Source: Leucoraja erinacea
Taxonomy: Eukaryota
Direction of reading: 5' to 3'
NCBI RefSeq assembly: GCF_028641065.1
Contig: NW_026576109.1
Span: 1 to 64,000, forward strand
DNA: 64,000 bases
Within the stretch, counting starts at the first letter, position 1, and each line of letters begins with the position of its first letter. This document shows, one piece after another, positions 1-12,065 of the stretch. Both the position numbers and the translations under genes were made by a program. Below the pieces are notes generated by a model, which was given only the letters and a program-made list of their open reading frames with translations, did not search any database and had not been told where the DNA came from.

Positions 1-649
1 CGGAAGTTGAATCGAACGTAGATTTTACTCTTGTTTACTAAAGGCTAATCACGGGAATCTGGGGTACATCACAGGAACGCGTGTACGGATTTGTAGATGT
101 TCAGCCATGAAGACATTGAATGGCGGTTTCCTGTCTCGAAGGACGAATGCCTAGCTCCTAGCATTACGAACCTTGTCTGTGTTTTCTATGTTTGTCTTAC
201 AATGGCCTACCTGAGCTTATTCTTCAACTGGGCGCCTCTTTTTCTGGGACTCTCTCAATATCTCGGTAACATTTTTCCTGTGCCATCTAGACCGTTCCAA
301 TATTCTTGCTACTGAGGGAAGCAGCGTTTAGTTCAACTAGTTCTCGTTCCATCGGTGGTTGTGCGTTTACTGCTGAGAGAATGGATCGGGCTGATCTTGT
401 ATACTCTTGGATTTAGAAGAATGAAGGGTTCGTATTTAAACATATATGCTTTATCCCAAAAAAAAAAGGGTTACACAAAAGCTGGAGAAACTCAGCGGGT
501 TCAGCAGCATCTATGATGCGAAGATGAAATAGGCAACGTCTTCCGTTCCGCAACAGCCTTCTTCATATTATTAAGGTTTTTGGGACCTCTATGAACAAGC
601 TGACAACCTCTGTTCGCCTAGGACTTTTGGGTGTCATCTCGTCAATGGC

Positions 650-1370
650 CAGGGGGGGGGGGGCCTGGGTTCGTGTGCCGGGGGGGGGGTTATGTGTGGG
701 GGGGGAGTTTGTGATGTGTGGGGGGGGGCGGTGTGTGGCTGATTGTGTATGTGGGGGGGGGCGGTGTAGTGGGGGGGTGGGAACTAAATCACCCACTGGG
801 GTCTGCCGTGCAGACCGGGTGTTATGAGTTGTGGGAGATTTTTCTCTGGGAAGGGGGGGTCGAGAGGGGCGTCGTAACGCGGACGTGGGGATCACATTGG
901 GACAGGGCCGGCGCCGGTATCGGCCGCAGCACGCCGGGTGACCCGTTACAAGTCATGTGAGCTGCTGGGAGGAGGTCAGCACGGGTTGACAGGGGTCAGA
1001 TGGGGTATTAGGGGTCAGAATAGGGAGCAGGTTTGTTCAGCATGGGGACAGGAAGTCAGCACCGGGACTGTCAGCATGGGGGGCCTGAGGTCAGCCAAGG
1101 AGGCGGGGGATAGGGGTTAGCTATGGAGGGCAGGGGTCTAGGGGTTCTCTGTCAGGGGTCTAGCATGGGGATCAGGGTCAGCACAGGGGGTCAGGGGTCG
1201 CATTCCCCGTGTTAAAAGGGGCCGGCGGGGTTCCGATCGAGAGAGATAGGGGTCAGGGTGCTGCTGGACACGCCGGCACGGTGGCTTCTTTGCGGCCCGC
1301 GTGAGCTTGGCAGAGAGGGTCAGCAACACCACACAGTTGGTCAACAGTCAACATCGGAAAATCAGGCAGG
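650..1370 (+). repeat. G-rich low-complexity / GGGGTCAG-type minisatellite-like sequence
   Basis: Recurrent ggggtcag and ggggtcta units and G runs; no counterpart in the paralogous block. Confidence 0.5.
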
Positions 1371-1545
1371 GGGAGGGGGCCGCTAGAGGTAACTGTCCTT
1401 ACAGCGCTTGGCTGTACGGAGATTGTACTCTCCCAGTATCCTTTTGGGTTTTCCCCCGAACTCTTCGTTTTCTCCGTCTGCTGTGCTCCCCCCAGCACCC
1501 TGTACACCTCATAATTAATCCGTTTCGCGTTTCATTCTTTCTCAG

Positions 1546-2471
1546 TGAATCTGATGGCGATTTTGATCCTGTCCCGTGGCAAGTGCGGCCTCTCCAAGTG
1601 CATCACTCGTTACATGGTAGCCATGGCGACCGCGGACCTCTCCGTGATTCTCTGTGAGGTGATATTTCACCGGATTGCTGATATGTATTGGTGGCATGCC
1701 TCCATGCCCTACACTCCTGTGTGTAAAATGACAATCTACCTGGCATCAGTCTCTGTGAATTGTTCTGTGTGGTTCACAGTCGCTTTCACCTTTGATCGCT
1801 TTGTTGCGATTTCTACTCAGAGAATGAAAACCAAATATTGTACCGAGAGAACCGCGACGATTGTTATCCTGACCGTGAGCCCGCTCATCTGCCTCAAAAA
1901 TCTACCCTTGGCCTTTGCATACACTTCTTTTTACGGTGCCGCTGGAGAAGTGGGCTGCCTGAAATTCATATATTTCTTTCGTTGATCCCGAATGGATAGT
2001 GTTCCTCTTGGGCCGAACAGTTGTTCACCCCGGTGATTTCCATTCTGCCTGATTTTGTTGTTTAACGCGCTCACCCGTCAGACGTATTTTCGTGGCCAGT
2101 CGGGTCCGCAGGAACCTCCGGGACCTCAAGCGGTTGGCGAGAAAAAGACAAGACCAGGAATGTTGAACCGCAGACGGTCGGTCGTTTTACTTCTGGCAAT
2201 CTCGAGCTGCTTCATACTGCTCTGGGCCACAAGTTTTGCATATTTTATTGCGGTTCGATGTTTGAATGTGTTTATGCACAAGGCCTGGGGAAACCCCTTG
2301 GGTGGATTGGAAAGGGTTGGATGTATGCTTCAGCTGCTGAACTCCTGCACCAACACGGCCATTTACACAGTGACCCAGAGCAAGTTCAGAGAGGACCTGT
2401 TTCGTGTTCTAAAATATCCGATCATTTGCACTGGAAAGATATTTAAATTGGTAAAGTGTGAGTTAAAATAA
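1546..2471 (+). pseudogene. GPR139/GPR142-like class A GPCR copy 1, exon 2; frameshifted as assembled, exon 1 not recognisable
   Basis: Acceptor ttctcag|TGAATCTG at 1546. Nearly identical to copy 3 (35922-36841) but has clustered 1-nt indels at about 1975-2160. FTFDRF and NTAIY motifs present. The exon 1 position is occupied by G-rich sequence, so the defects may be consensus errors. Confidence 0.8.
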
Positions 2472-3632
2472 TATAACACACACGAGTGACCAGCTGGGCT
2501 TCGTGCGTTGCTTTGCTGTATGGTTTATATGTGGAACTGTGGAACTGTGGAACTGTGCTGCTGTCTGTCTTGGCCAGGACTCTCTTGTAAAAGAGATTTT
2601 TAATCTCAATGAGACTTCTCCTGGTTAAATAAAGGTTAAATAAAAAATAAAAATAAAATATGGAAATACAGCATTTTATGTCCATTCGCCCTGTCGGACA
2701 CGCCCAACGGCTTCGGGGGTTCATGGGCTCAACTGAGTCTCAACTCGTGTACGTATTCCCATGTGCCCCGTTCAATCACCCAGCTTCTGTGTGTTCGCGA
2801 ATATATATACATAAGCCTGGAACATGTTGTTTTCAAAACGAGTGAATATTTTCAGTTGAATAGGTGCAACGTGTTGTTTGATGAATTCCTTTTATCATTA
2901 ACAAAACGTTAACAATTGCTCATTGACGAGGTTTTCGGTTTCAAGAGAATCTTCTGTTTTAGCAGCGGATGATGTGGATTGTGTAAAGTTTCATACAGAT
3001 ACCGCGATTAAAATACCTTCTGTATACGGAAAACTTCTATCGAATGTAAAGCTATAGGTGAGGAGTGCCAGAAATACAAAATCGTGAGATGAATATATCG
3101 GTTAGATGCACAGAGTCGTTTGCCCAGTGAATCTACGATCAGAGGACAGGTTCAAGGAGAAGGGAAACATATTTAATAGGAATCCGTGGGGAAATATTTT
3201 CATATACAGGGTTGTTGGTGTACGGGACAAGCTGCCACTGGAGCTAGTCGAGGCTGGGACTATCCCATCGTTTAAGAAATAGTTAGACGGGTACATGGAT
3301 AGGAGAGATTTGGAGGGATATGCACCAAGCGCGGGCAAGTGGGACTGGTGTATTTGGGATATTGTTGGCCGGTGTGGGCGTGTTGAGACAAACGGTCTGT
3401 TTCCGCACTGTATCACTCTATGACCCTGTGATTGTATGATCCTATGTACGGTAACAAATCAATTTCCGCATTTGCCTTCACGTTCTTCCGGTGGGAAAAC
3501 ATTTTAACATCTCTTCCCATTCCCATATGAACCTTTCTGTCGTTGTCGTCCTCAACTGTTCGAGCGAGGCCACGCCAAAAAAAATAGAGGGAAAAATGGA
3601 GGAACAGCATCTCGTATATCGCTTGACTCCCT

Positions 3633-4212
3633 GAGAGAAAATGGTGAATTACAGACCAGTCAGTCTAACATCGGTAGTGGGGAAACTGCTTGAAACAGTT
3701 ATTAAAGATGGGATAGTAGCACATTTGGAAAATGGTGAAATCATTGGACAAAGTCAGCACGGATTTATGAAAGGTAAATCATGGCTGACGAATCTTATAG
3801 AATTTTTCGAGGATGTAACTAGTAGAGTGGATAAGGGAGAACCAGTGTATGTGTTATATCTGGACTTTCAGATGGCTTTCGACAAGGTCCCACATAAGAG
3901 ATTAGTATACAAACTTAAAGCACACGGTTTTGGGGGTTTAGTATTGAAGTGGATAGAGAACTGGCTGGCAGACAGGAAGCAAAGAGTAGGAGTAAACGAG
4001 TCATTTTCAGTATGGCAGGCAGTGACTAGTGGGGTATCGCAAGGCTCAGTGCTGGGACCCCAACGATTTACAATATATATTAATGATTTGTACGAGGGAA
4101 TTGAATGCAACATCTCCAGGTTTGCGGATGACACGAAACTGCAAGATGCCTTGGATAGGTTGGGTGAGTGGGCAAATGCATGGCAGATGCAGTATAATGT
4201 GGATAAATGTGA
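3633..4212 (+). mobile_element. CR1 LINE reverse transcriptase fragment
   Basis: [34 protein letters not shown] and FADDTKL motifs. Confidence 0.9.
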
Positions 4213-5249
4213 GGTTTGGTGGAGCCTGGCGACCGTGGATCTATCGGGAGAAGGAATAGGAATAGGTAACGTTTCAGGTCGAGACCCTGCNNNNNNNNNN
4301 NNNNNNNNNNNNNNNNNNNNNNNNNNNNNNNNNNNNNNNNNNNNNNNNNNNNNNNNNNNNNNNNNNNNNNNNNNNNNNNNNNNNNNNNNNNNNNNNNNNN
4401 NNNNNNNNNNNNNNNNNNNNNNATGGAGAACGCCAACGACTACCTGAAATTGGAGAAGTAAATGTTCATACCGCTGGGGTGTAAACTACCCAAACGAAAT
4501 ATGAGATGCCGCTTGTCCAATTTGCGGTGGGACTCCCTATGTTCTGAGCCTCCTCCATGGCCAGAATGGGTTACGTAGATTAAGGATCAATAATTATGCC
4601 AGTTTCCGTTCAGGGACGGGGGAGATTTTTTTCCCGAGTGCGGAACTGAGCAACTCCCACCTGCTGCATATTGTGCGTGTCTGTGCGTGTTTGCGTTGTG
4701 CTCGTGTGTGTGAAAAAGGGTGAGAATAAAAATCGGCGACTGGTGTTTACCCGGCCACTGACTTCTACTCTGATATTTAAAGCCAGGACCGATTTTCAAC
4801 TTTAGCTCCTATTATCCCCAGATATATCNNNNNNNNNNNNNNNNNNNNNNNNNNNNNNNNNNNNNNNNNNNNNNNNNNNNNNNNNNNNNNNNNNNNNNNN
4901 NNNNNNNNNNNNNNNNNNNNNNNNNNNNNNNNNNNNNNNNNNNNNNNNNNNNNNNNNNNNNNNNNNNNNNNNNNNNNNNNNNNNNNNNNNNNNNNNNNNN
5001 NNNNNNNNNNNNNNNNNNNNNNNNNNNNNNNNNNNNNNNNNNNNNNNNNNNNNNNNNNNNNNNNNNNNNNNNNNNNNNNNNNNNNNNNNNNNNNNNNNNN
5101 NNNNNNNNNNNNNNNNNNNNNNNNNNNNNNNNNNNNNNNNNNNNNNNNNNNNNNNNNNNNNNNNNNNNNNNNNNNNNNNNNNNNNNNNNNNNNNNNTAAA
5201 TTATTTGGTTTATTTATCTATAATATTTAAATATATTTTAAAATGTTAT

Positions 5250-5440
5250 CATCCCTCTCCCCCTCCCTCTCCCCTCCCTCTAACGCTCCCTCTCCCTCTC
5301 CCTCTCCTTCTCCCTCTCTCCTCTCCCTCTCCCTCTCCCCTCTCCCCTCCCCCTCTCCATCGACCTCTAGCACTCCGTCTCCGTCTCAGACTCCGTCTCT
5401 GTCTCTCTCACTCTCTTTCACACACACACACACTCTTCCC
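5250..5440 (+). repeat. CT-rich low-complexity tract downstream of the SV1 RSS
   Basis: Polypyrimidine run seen directly. Confidence 0.9.
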
Positions 5441-5601
5441 AGACTAATTGTGTTTCTGTAAATTTCAATATCATTTATCTTTTAAATATTTTGCTTTTTT
5501 TCCTTCCCTGGCAACGTGTAAACAATCTATACTACACCGAGGTTCCCGGTTAGCGCCCCAGATGTTCTGCAGTACTGTGTGCCTGTATCCCGCAACGCTG
5601 A

Positions 5602-5640
5602 GGTTTTGGTACAGCTATCTCACTGCGCTGTGCCACTGTG
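5602..5640 (-). other. 23-bp-spacer RSS of SV1
   Basis: CACAGTG (5640-5634), 23 nt, ACCAAAACC (5610-5602). Confidence 0.9.
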
Positions 5641-5946
5641 CGATGCGCGGACTCATCCCACAGTAATACACAGCCCCGTCGCTCGGCAGTACTTCAGAGA
5701 GCGTTAACTGACTGATTTTCTGTCCTGGATCGAGAGAACCAGAAATACGACCTTCGTCAGCCTCTTCCTCATCTTTCTTTCCTGAAGTGTGTCTTTGGAG
5801 CAGGAATTCCAGAGCCTGCCCTGGGAACTGTCGGTACCAGTGTACTGTGTAGGAGCAGATTCCGGAATATACGCAGTTAAGGGTGGCAGTGTCACCAGAA
5901 AGAGAGGATTGTTGAGGCGGATTCTGGGAACCAGCGGATATGGAAT
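5641..5946 (-). CDS. Supporting TCR-delta V exon (SV1), apparently leaderless, with CDR1 cysteine
   Basis: Acceptor ttttccgcag|ATTCC. IgV fold ATLNC..WYRQ..D.AVYYC; extra Cys in CDR1 (VYSGICSY); followed by a 23-RSS; lies 3 kb downstream of the J splice donor of NAR cassette 1. Confidence 0.88.
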
Positions 5947-6429
5947 CTGCGGAAAATAACAGGGGAATAGTTATTGTTTTAACATTGACTGTTGGAGACT
6001 GTGACACACTGTCAAAACCTCCGACGCCTCAACTAATCAAAAAGCTATCTATCGCTGCCTTATTTCCCCCCTGACTTGGCCTCCACAGCCTTCTGTGTTT
6101 AACAACTGGAAGGTCATCTTTTAAGTGGAATTTGCACAACCCGGGATAAATGCTTTGCCCTTTATGTATCAAGAGTTATGTTTTTTTTTGCTTCACAGGG
6201 CCACGTCCTTCTACATTTGACTTTCGTTTAATTGAAGAACAGTTTTGGTTTTCAATCTTGGTCGCCCGCTTTTTGCTGCTTGCGGTTCATATTTCCCCCC
6301 TCCAGAGAACCGTTTCAACAAGTCTGCCAGCTGTCGTTTGATTTCAGTTAGTGGAATGTTTACAGAGGGTTCAGCTTCACTCACAGCCCATCTATTCTCC
6401 CGCCAACCTCCCTCTGTTTCCTGGAATAA

Positions 6430-7500
6430 GAAATAGATTGTTTCCCAGGCTTTCGCTCACAGCGGGCGTGGATCAATCCCATAGATTTTATGGGATAAAT
6501 TGATAAGCCAGTTGTAATGATAAGGCGGTTAGCATGACTTGAATAGTTGGTAAGATTTTTGAAACGATTATTAAAAATGCGGTTCTGTGCTATCTGGAAG
6601 CACAGGATAAAATCTGCACGTCAGCGAGAACTAGTCAGGGGGGGGGGTTCTTGCCCCTGTTGAAATTGTTTGTGATAGCAACAAGCAGGATGGACAAAGG
6701 ACAGTCAGAAATGCAGCTTTCTTGGTGCCTGAGCGGATAATTAAAATTGGAGTATTGGTGTTAGAGATGAGGTATCAGCATGGACAGAGAATAGGCTTCC
6801 GTTGCAGGGCAAAATATTGGAATAAAAGTGATCTTTTCCGCTTGCTGCCGTTGACTAATGGGTCAATGTTGGGCTCACTACTTTCCCCGTGGTATGTTTA
6901 CGATCTGGATGATGCATTTGATGGCTTTTGCGGCTGATATCGCGGACGATGCCAAACATAGATGATGGGGCAGGTAGTGTAGAGTAAGCATGTAGACTGA
7001 AAAAAATCCTTGAACAGGTTGGAAGGGGGGGGGGGGGGGGGGGGGGGAACTAAAATAAGTGACAGATGGAATACTACACACCACACTATACGGGCATGCA
7101 CTTTGGCGGAAGGATTAACGGCGCTTTTCTATTTTCTAAATGTGAGAGGATTCAGAAACGGTGGTACAAAGAGATTTGTCTATGTAGGTGCGGGAATTCC
7201 AAAATGTGGATTTTCAGTGTGAATCGTCGTTCAGGGAGACAAATTAGAATTAATTTCGAGATGACTAGAATATAAAAATACGGATCTAATGTAAATGGTA
7301 GATGTTTTTTATGCACTGATTTGATCACATTTGGAATATCGCGAGCAGTTTTGTGTCCCGTATTTGAGGAAGGATATGGTGGCTTTGGAGATTACCAAAC
7401 GGAGGTTTATGCGAATTATTCGGGGGGTCATTCGGTCATGCATAAGAAGCGTTTGCTAACTCCAAGCCTACACACGCTGGACTTGAGAAGGATAAGTTCT
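6430..7500 (+). mobile_element. Highly degenerate CR1 RT remnant; paralogous segment at about 24900-25750
   Basis: Eroded RPVSLTS, GSMLG and ADD similarity; 6010-7330 matches 24468-25750. Confidence 0.55.
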
Positions 7501-8989
7501 GCTCTATCTGACCACTCTGATTGAGATTTGAGCAACATTGACATCGGCATTTCGTCCTCACGCTCCAAACTCGGATACTTTCCCCCTTTTCTCTGATTTG
7601 ACCCTTGCTACATATCGCAGTCTTCACCCACGCACTTCTCGTTTTCACTTCCAACGGCGGATTTCAATGTCCACGACCGGCCAATGGCCTAACTCTGCTT
7701 CTATGCCTCATGGTCTTTGTCTTTGTTTTTAATGTGGGCATAGCTGTTAAGGCCAACAGTCATTGCCCGTTAGAATCAAAAGTAACGATTACAGGCTGTT
7801 CAAATGTAAACTGTTCCGACAACGGAACAGTGACATTCTTACTTGTAGATGCACACAGGCCTAGAAATGCAATATGCTTCATCAGATAACAGAGTCATAG
7901 AGTCATGGAGCGATATAACGCGGAGACAGGCTCTTCGGCTCACGTTGCCCAAGCATGGCATAGTTACATTAGTGCCACCTGCCCGCGTTTGGTCCAAATC
8001 CATACAAACCTGGCCAGTCCATGTACTTGTCTAACTGATTCTTAAACAGTGGGATAGTGCCAGCTTCAACTATGTACTCTGGCAACTTGTTCTGCACACC
8101 CACTACCCTCCGTGTGAAAACATTATGGAGGGGGTATGGAGAGAAGGCAGGTACAGGATACTGAGTTGGTTGATCATATTGAATGGCGGTGCATGCTCGA
8201 AGTGCCGAATGGCCTACCCCTGCACCTATTTTCTATATTTTTCTGTTTCCATGTTGTCCCTCAAATCCTATTAAATCTTCGCATTCAGCTCAAACCTGTG
8301 TCCTCCGGTCCTCGACCCACCTACTCTGTACAACGGACTCTGCGTTTCCACCCGATCTGTTCTTCCCATGAATGTATACACTTCCGTACGATCAACCCAT
8401 TCCTCTCATAATGTCTGATAAAAAAAAAACTACTCAATAATCTAATGGCCACAATCCTAGAGCGACAACAACAAAAAACAAAGCCTTTGTAGAACCAGAG
8501 ACAATTATGAAAAGTTTATGAACACTAAGGGCATAATAACTTGTAGAGCAAGAGGGTGAATTCGCAGAGTGTGTTGGAGCAAGCCGGCGATTTGGTGGTA
8601 GCATTAACTGCGCGGGTCAGGCAGCATTTCAGGAGAACATTGATAGCCGACATTTGGAATCTAGACTCCAGAATCCGATTTCAGCGTCCGCATTTACTTG
8701 TGTCTGCCTAGAATTCCATAGCTGTGGTTAGCGCGGTGTGGTGTTCCCGATCCTGATGGTTTTGGGGAAGTAGCTATTCTTCAACCTGATTAACTTTGTG
8801 CTCCCGGGGAGCCCGACATACCCTCCCATTGGACTCACGCGTACCGTAACATCTGGCCCAAGTTGCCGGAACCCTTTATACATAGAATCTGTTTATTTTG
8901 GAAAGCAACTGATGCCTCATGATCGAATATTAAAGGGAACTGAATATTTCCAAGAACAGCCGTGGATGAGAGAGGTTTAGAGTACTTAC

Positions 8990-9056
8990 CGGCTGTGACA
9001 GTCACCGTAGTCCCCGTCCCATCTTTATAATAAGTCTTCCAGTCTTTCCACTGCCA
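8990..9056 (-). CDS. Pre-joined NAR-TCR-like D-J segment (cassette 1): WQWKDWKTYYKDGTGTTVTVTA
   Basis: D start TGGCAG runs straight into J with donor GCCG|gtaagt. No J-RSS or D 3'-RSS. The D 5' 12-RSS (plus strand cacgttg-12-tttaaatcc, 9057-9084) is retained. Confidence 0.88.
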
Positions 9057-9411
9057 CACGTTGTTTCACATCACGTTTAAATCCCCAGGCGCCCGGCGAG
9101 ACGGGCGGGCAGGAGATTAACGTTCAGCGACTGCATTTTTTAGATTGCAACTTCAGGAACTGGATCCCGTCTGGAGTTGTGCATCAGAAGAGTGGTCAGT
9201 CATTCTCGAGGGCAGTTCGTTTACGCCATTTTCGGTACAGGGGGCATTATCCAGCCGCACTCGCCAAATAGAGAAACCCCATTGTTTGAATCGCACGCAT
9301 TTCAACTTGTGTAACGCAGAATTCAGGGCAGGCGGGACAAGGCTGGACCGTGAGTTACCCGGTGGATACATCTCGCATCTTCACGTTGCTATCAGAATGT
9401 GCAATGCGGTT

Positions 9412-9449
9412 TTTTTGTGTGCTGCGCGAAGCGTAGGTCCATCACTGTG
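9412..9449 (-). other. V1 RSS (22-bp spacer, degenerate nonamer)
   Basis: CACAGTG at 9449-9443. Nonamer reads ACACAAAAA at 22 nt, or ACAAAAAAA at 24 nt. Confidence 0.75.
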
Positions 9450-9939
9450 CCTCCTCCACTTATACTCAGCTTGACAGTAATATGTGGCCATGTCATCAAC
9501 TCTCAAACCAAGAATTTTCAATGCAAAGGTTTTTTTCGATGTATTGGTCGACACAACGATCCGTCCACCTGTTGTGATCCGCTGCCGTTTAGCACCGGAC
9601 TGTGCTTGCTTGAAGAAATGTCCAGCCTGAAATCTGTAATCACCCCAGGAACCAACATGGAAAAGGCAGGTGATGGTGACGGACTCACATTCTTTTCCAG
9701 TCACCGCATTCGGGCTCTGGGTCACTGACTGACTGACGGAATCTGTAGATGAAACACAGGGAGAGGTGAGTGGGAATTCCAGGCGAACCACGGCAGAAGG
9801 ATACATCGCGGGCAGTGGTTGAAATTCAAGTCGGAGTGGACTCGAGTTGTTTTATGTTAAACCCGCACTGTGTGGGAGTAGGGGACCGGTACTCACGGCG
9901 TAAGCAGAGTGACAGCACAAAAAACAGGAGGATTCCCAT
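9450..9939 (-). CDS. NAR-TCR-like V1: leader 9939-9897 (MGILLFFVLSLCLR), V exon 9742-9450
   Basis: 43-nt phase-1 leader and GT-AG intron. VNAR-like domain with shortened FR2/CDR2 (QRITTGGRIVVSTN..KTFAL), FR1 Cys (GKECESVTITC) and TYYC; followed by CACAGTG. Confidence 0.88.
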
Positions 9940-10189
9940 CGCGCCTTCTCCGGGAATAAATGGTTTGCGTGACGAGAGGCTGGAAACCAGGTCGCCAGAC
10001 AGATCCTGCAGTCTATCCCGGAGAACCGAGCGGTGACCTCAGGCTGGGCTGTTCGTTTCGGTGCGGGCGGTGTTCTGGGAATTTTTGAAAATCGATGTGC
10101 GAGGAGAGGAAGAGTTTGAGAAGAGGATCGTTACATCTGCTGATTTGTTTGGTGGCCCGGAATCGGATGTGAAACATCTGATATGGCCC

Positions 10190-10207
10190 TGACGTTTCTC
10201 TGACGTT
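10190..10207. promoter_or_regulatory. Tandem CRE half-sites (TGACGT) about 250 bp upstream of the NAR V leader
   Basis: tgacgtttctctgacgtt. Homologous sites at about 28175-28192, 32567-32586 and 44988-45006. CRE-type elements are typical of TCR V promoters; function here is inferred. Confidence 0.4.
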
Positions 10208-10728
10208 CAGTGGACCATCTGAACCATTCAGGCAGCTGAACATATGGGGGCAGTAGATAGGGTGAACGCACAGTCCCCTCTCCAATCGGTATACGTGACA
10301 AATAAACTAAACTGAACGGGTGGCGGAGGTGTTTTGTCAGCAGAGGCAGCCGCTCCCCTGTGAAACTCCGCAATAATGCAGGAAGGTCAGTGCAAGGCCT
10401 GTTTGTTTGTTTGTTTAATGAGAGGCTGGACGGCCGAAGGTAGTGGGAATTGCTGCATCGCGGCTTATAAGACCGACGAAAGGTCAATGCGAGACCACAG
10501 TCGGGCTGGGTACCGGTATCCCTCCGAATGTCAATGAGCCAGTGAAAGGGAACACACAGATTGCAAATAATGCAGTCACCTGCAGGGATGGAGAAAACAC
10601 AGAAACATGGAAAATACGTGTAGGTGTAAATCATTCTCCCTTTGACCCAAGATTCAATATGGTCTTGGCATGTGGGCACATGAGGTGGGGTAGCTATGTT
10701 GATGAGGGATGGGATGCATCCCTTGCAT

Positions 10729-11290
10729 GTCAAGTCAAGTCAAGTCACATTTATTTATATAGCACATTTAAAAAAGAACTCTCGTTGGCCAAAGTGCTTT
10801 ACATTTGTTATAAGAATAGTATAGACATACAAACTACATACATATATACATATAGCACTCGCTCACTGGACGTCAGGAAAGGCTTGGGAGTATAGATAAT
10901 ATTTTAGTCTTGAACTAAAGGAGTCGATGGAGGGGACAGTTCTGATGGGAAGGTGGATGCTGTTCCACAGTGTAGGTGCTGCAACCGCAAAGGCGCAGTC
11001 GCCCCTAAGCTTATGCCTAGACCACGGGATATTCAGCAGCCCCAAGTCGGCCGAACCGAGGGACCTGGAGGTGTAGTGGTGGATGAGAAGACATTTAATG
11101 TAGGAGGGGGCAAGCCCATTGAGGGCTTTGTAGACATAGAGGAGGGACTTGGAATGTATGCGGGAGCCAGTGGAGAGAGGCTAGGATCGGGGTGATGTGG
11201 TCCCCTTTTCGGGTGCCCGTCAGGAGTCTCGCTGCGGCGTTTTGGACCAGTTGCAGGCAGGACGGGGAAGATTGGCTGATGCAAGGGTTG
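10729..11290 (-). mobile_element. L2-clade LINE 3' fragment with (TTGAC)n tail
   Basis: GDCAFAVAAPTLWNS..FSSRLK..LYSQAF; gtcaa repeats at 10729-10748. Confidence 0.8.
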
Positions 11291-12065
11291 ACAGAGCCAC
11301 GGACGATGTAAATTCGCTGTGGATAGAATTGAGGAATTGAAAAGGTAAGTCGGCAAGGGGAGTTATCTGCAGGCGCCGAAACAGTTGCTTGGATATGGGG
11401 TGCAAGTTGCAGCAGGAGTGAAAATTGAGATGTGACAAATGTAGTGCCACTGTTGTTACGGAAGATTTCAAAAATGCTGGTAGACTGGGAAAATCAGATT
11501 GATTCTGGAACCCAAGAAAGGCAGTTTGAGATGCCTCCGAGATGGATTATTCTCAGAGGCATCAGGGAAATCCTGATCGACTAATCTGCTGGAATGTTTT
11601 GGGAATGTGACAAGTAAAATTGACGAAGGAGGTCCCTGTCACAAATGGCAGGCAGTGGCGAGTGGAGTGCCGTAAGGCTCAGTGCAGGGGCCACAAATAT
11701 TCACAATATATATTAACGATTTAGATGATGGAATTCAAAGGAACACGAACACATTTGCAGATTACACCAAGCTGGGTGGCATTGTGGACTGCGAAGAGGA
11801 GGCTAGGTGGTTGCAGGGTGACCTGGACAGGTTGATTGAGTGGGCAGATTCATGGCAGATACGGTATAATGTCGGTAAATGTGAGGTTATCCACTTTGAC
11901 GGCAAGAACGTGGAGCTGATTACTGTCACATTGGTGTCAGATTGGGAAATAGGGATGTGCAACGAGACCTGGGTGTCCTTGTACACCAGTCACTGAATGC
12001 AAACATTCGGGTACAGCCGGAAGTGAAGAAAGCTAAGTTGGCCTTCATTACGAGAGGACTTGAGT
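11290..12065 (+). mobile_element. Degenerate CR1 ORF2 fragment
   Basis: [33 protein letters not shown]. Confidence 0.8.

Noticed and set aside
563-1344. Gly- and Pro-rich ORFs
   Set aside because: Products of G-rich low-complexity sequence with no recognisable domain.
1975-2160. Frameshifts in GPCR copy 1 as proof of a true pseudogene
   Set aside because: Many clustered single-base indels in otherwise near-identical sequence, next to noisy sequence, look like consensus error; status is undetermined.
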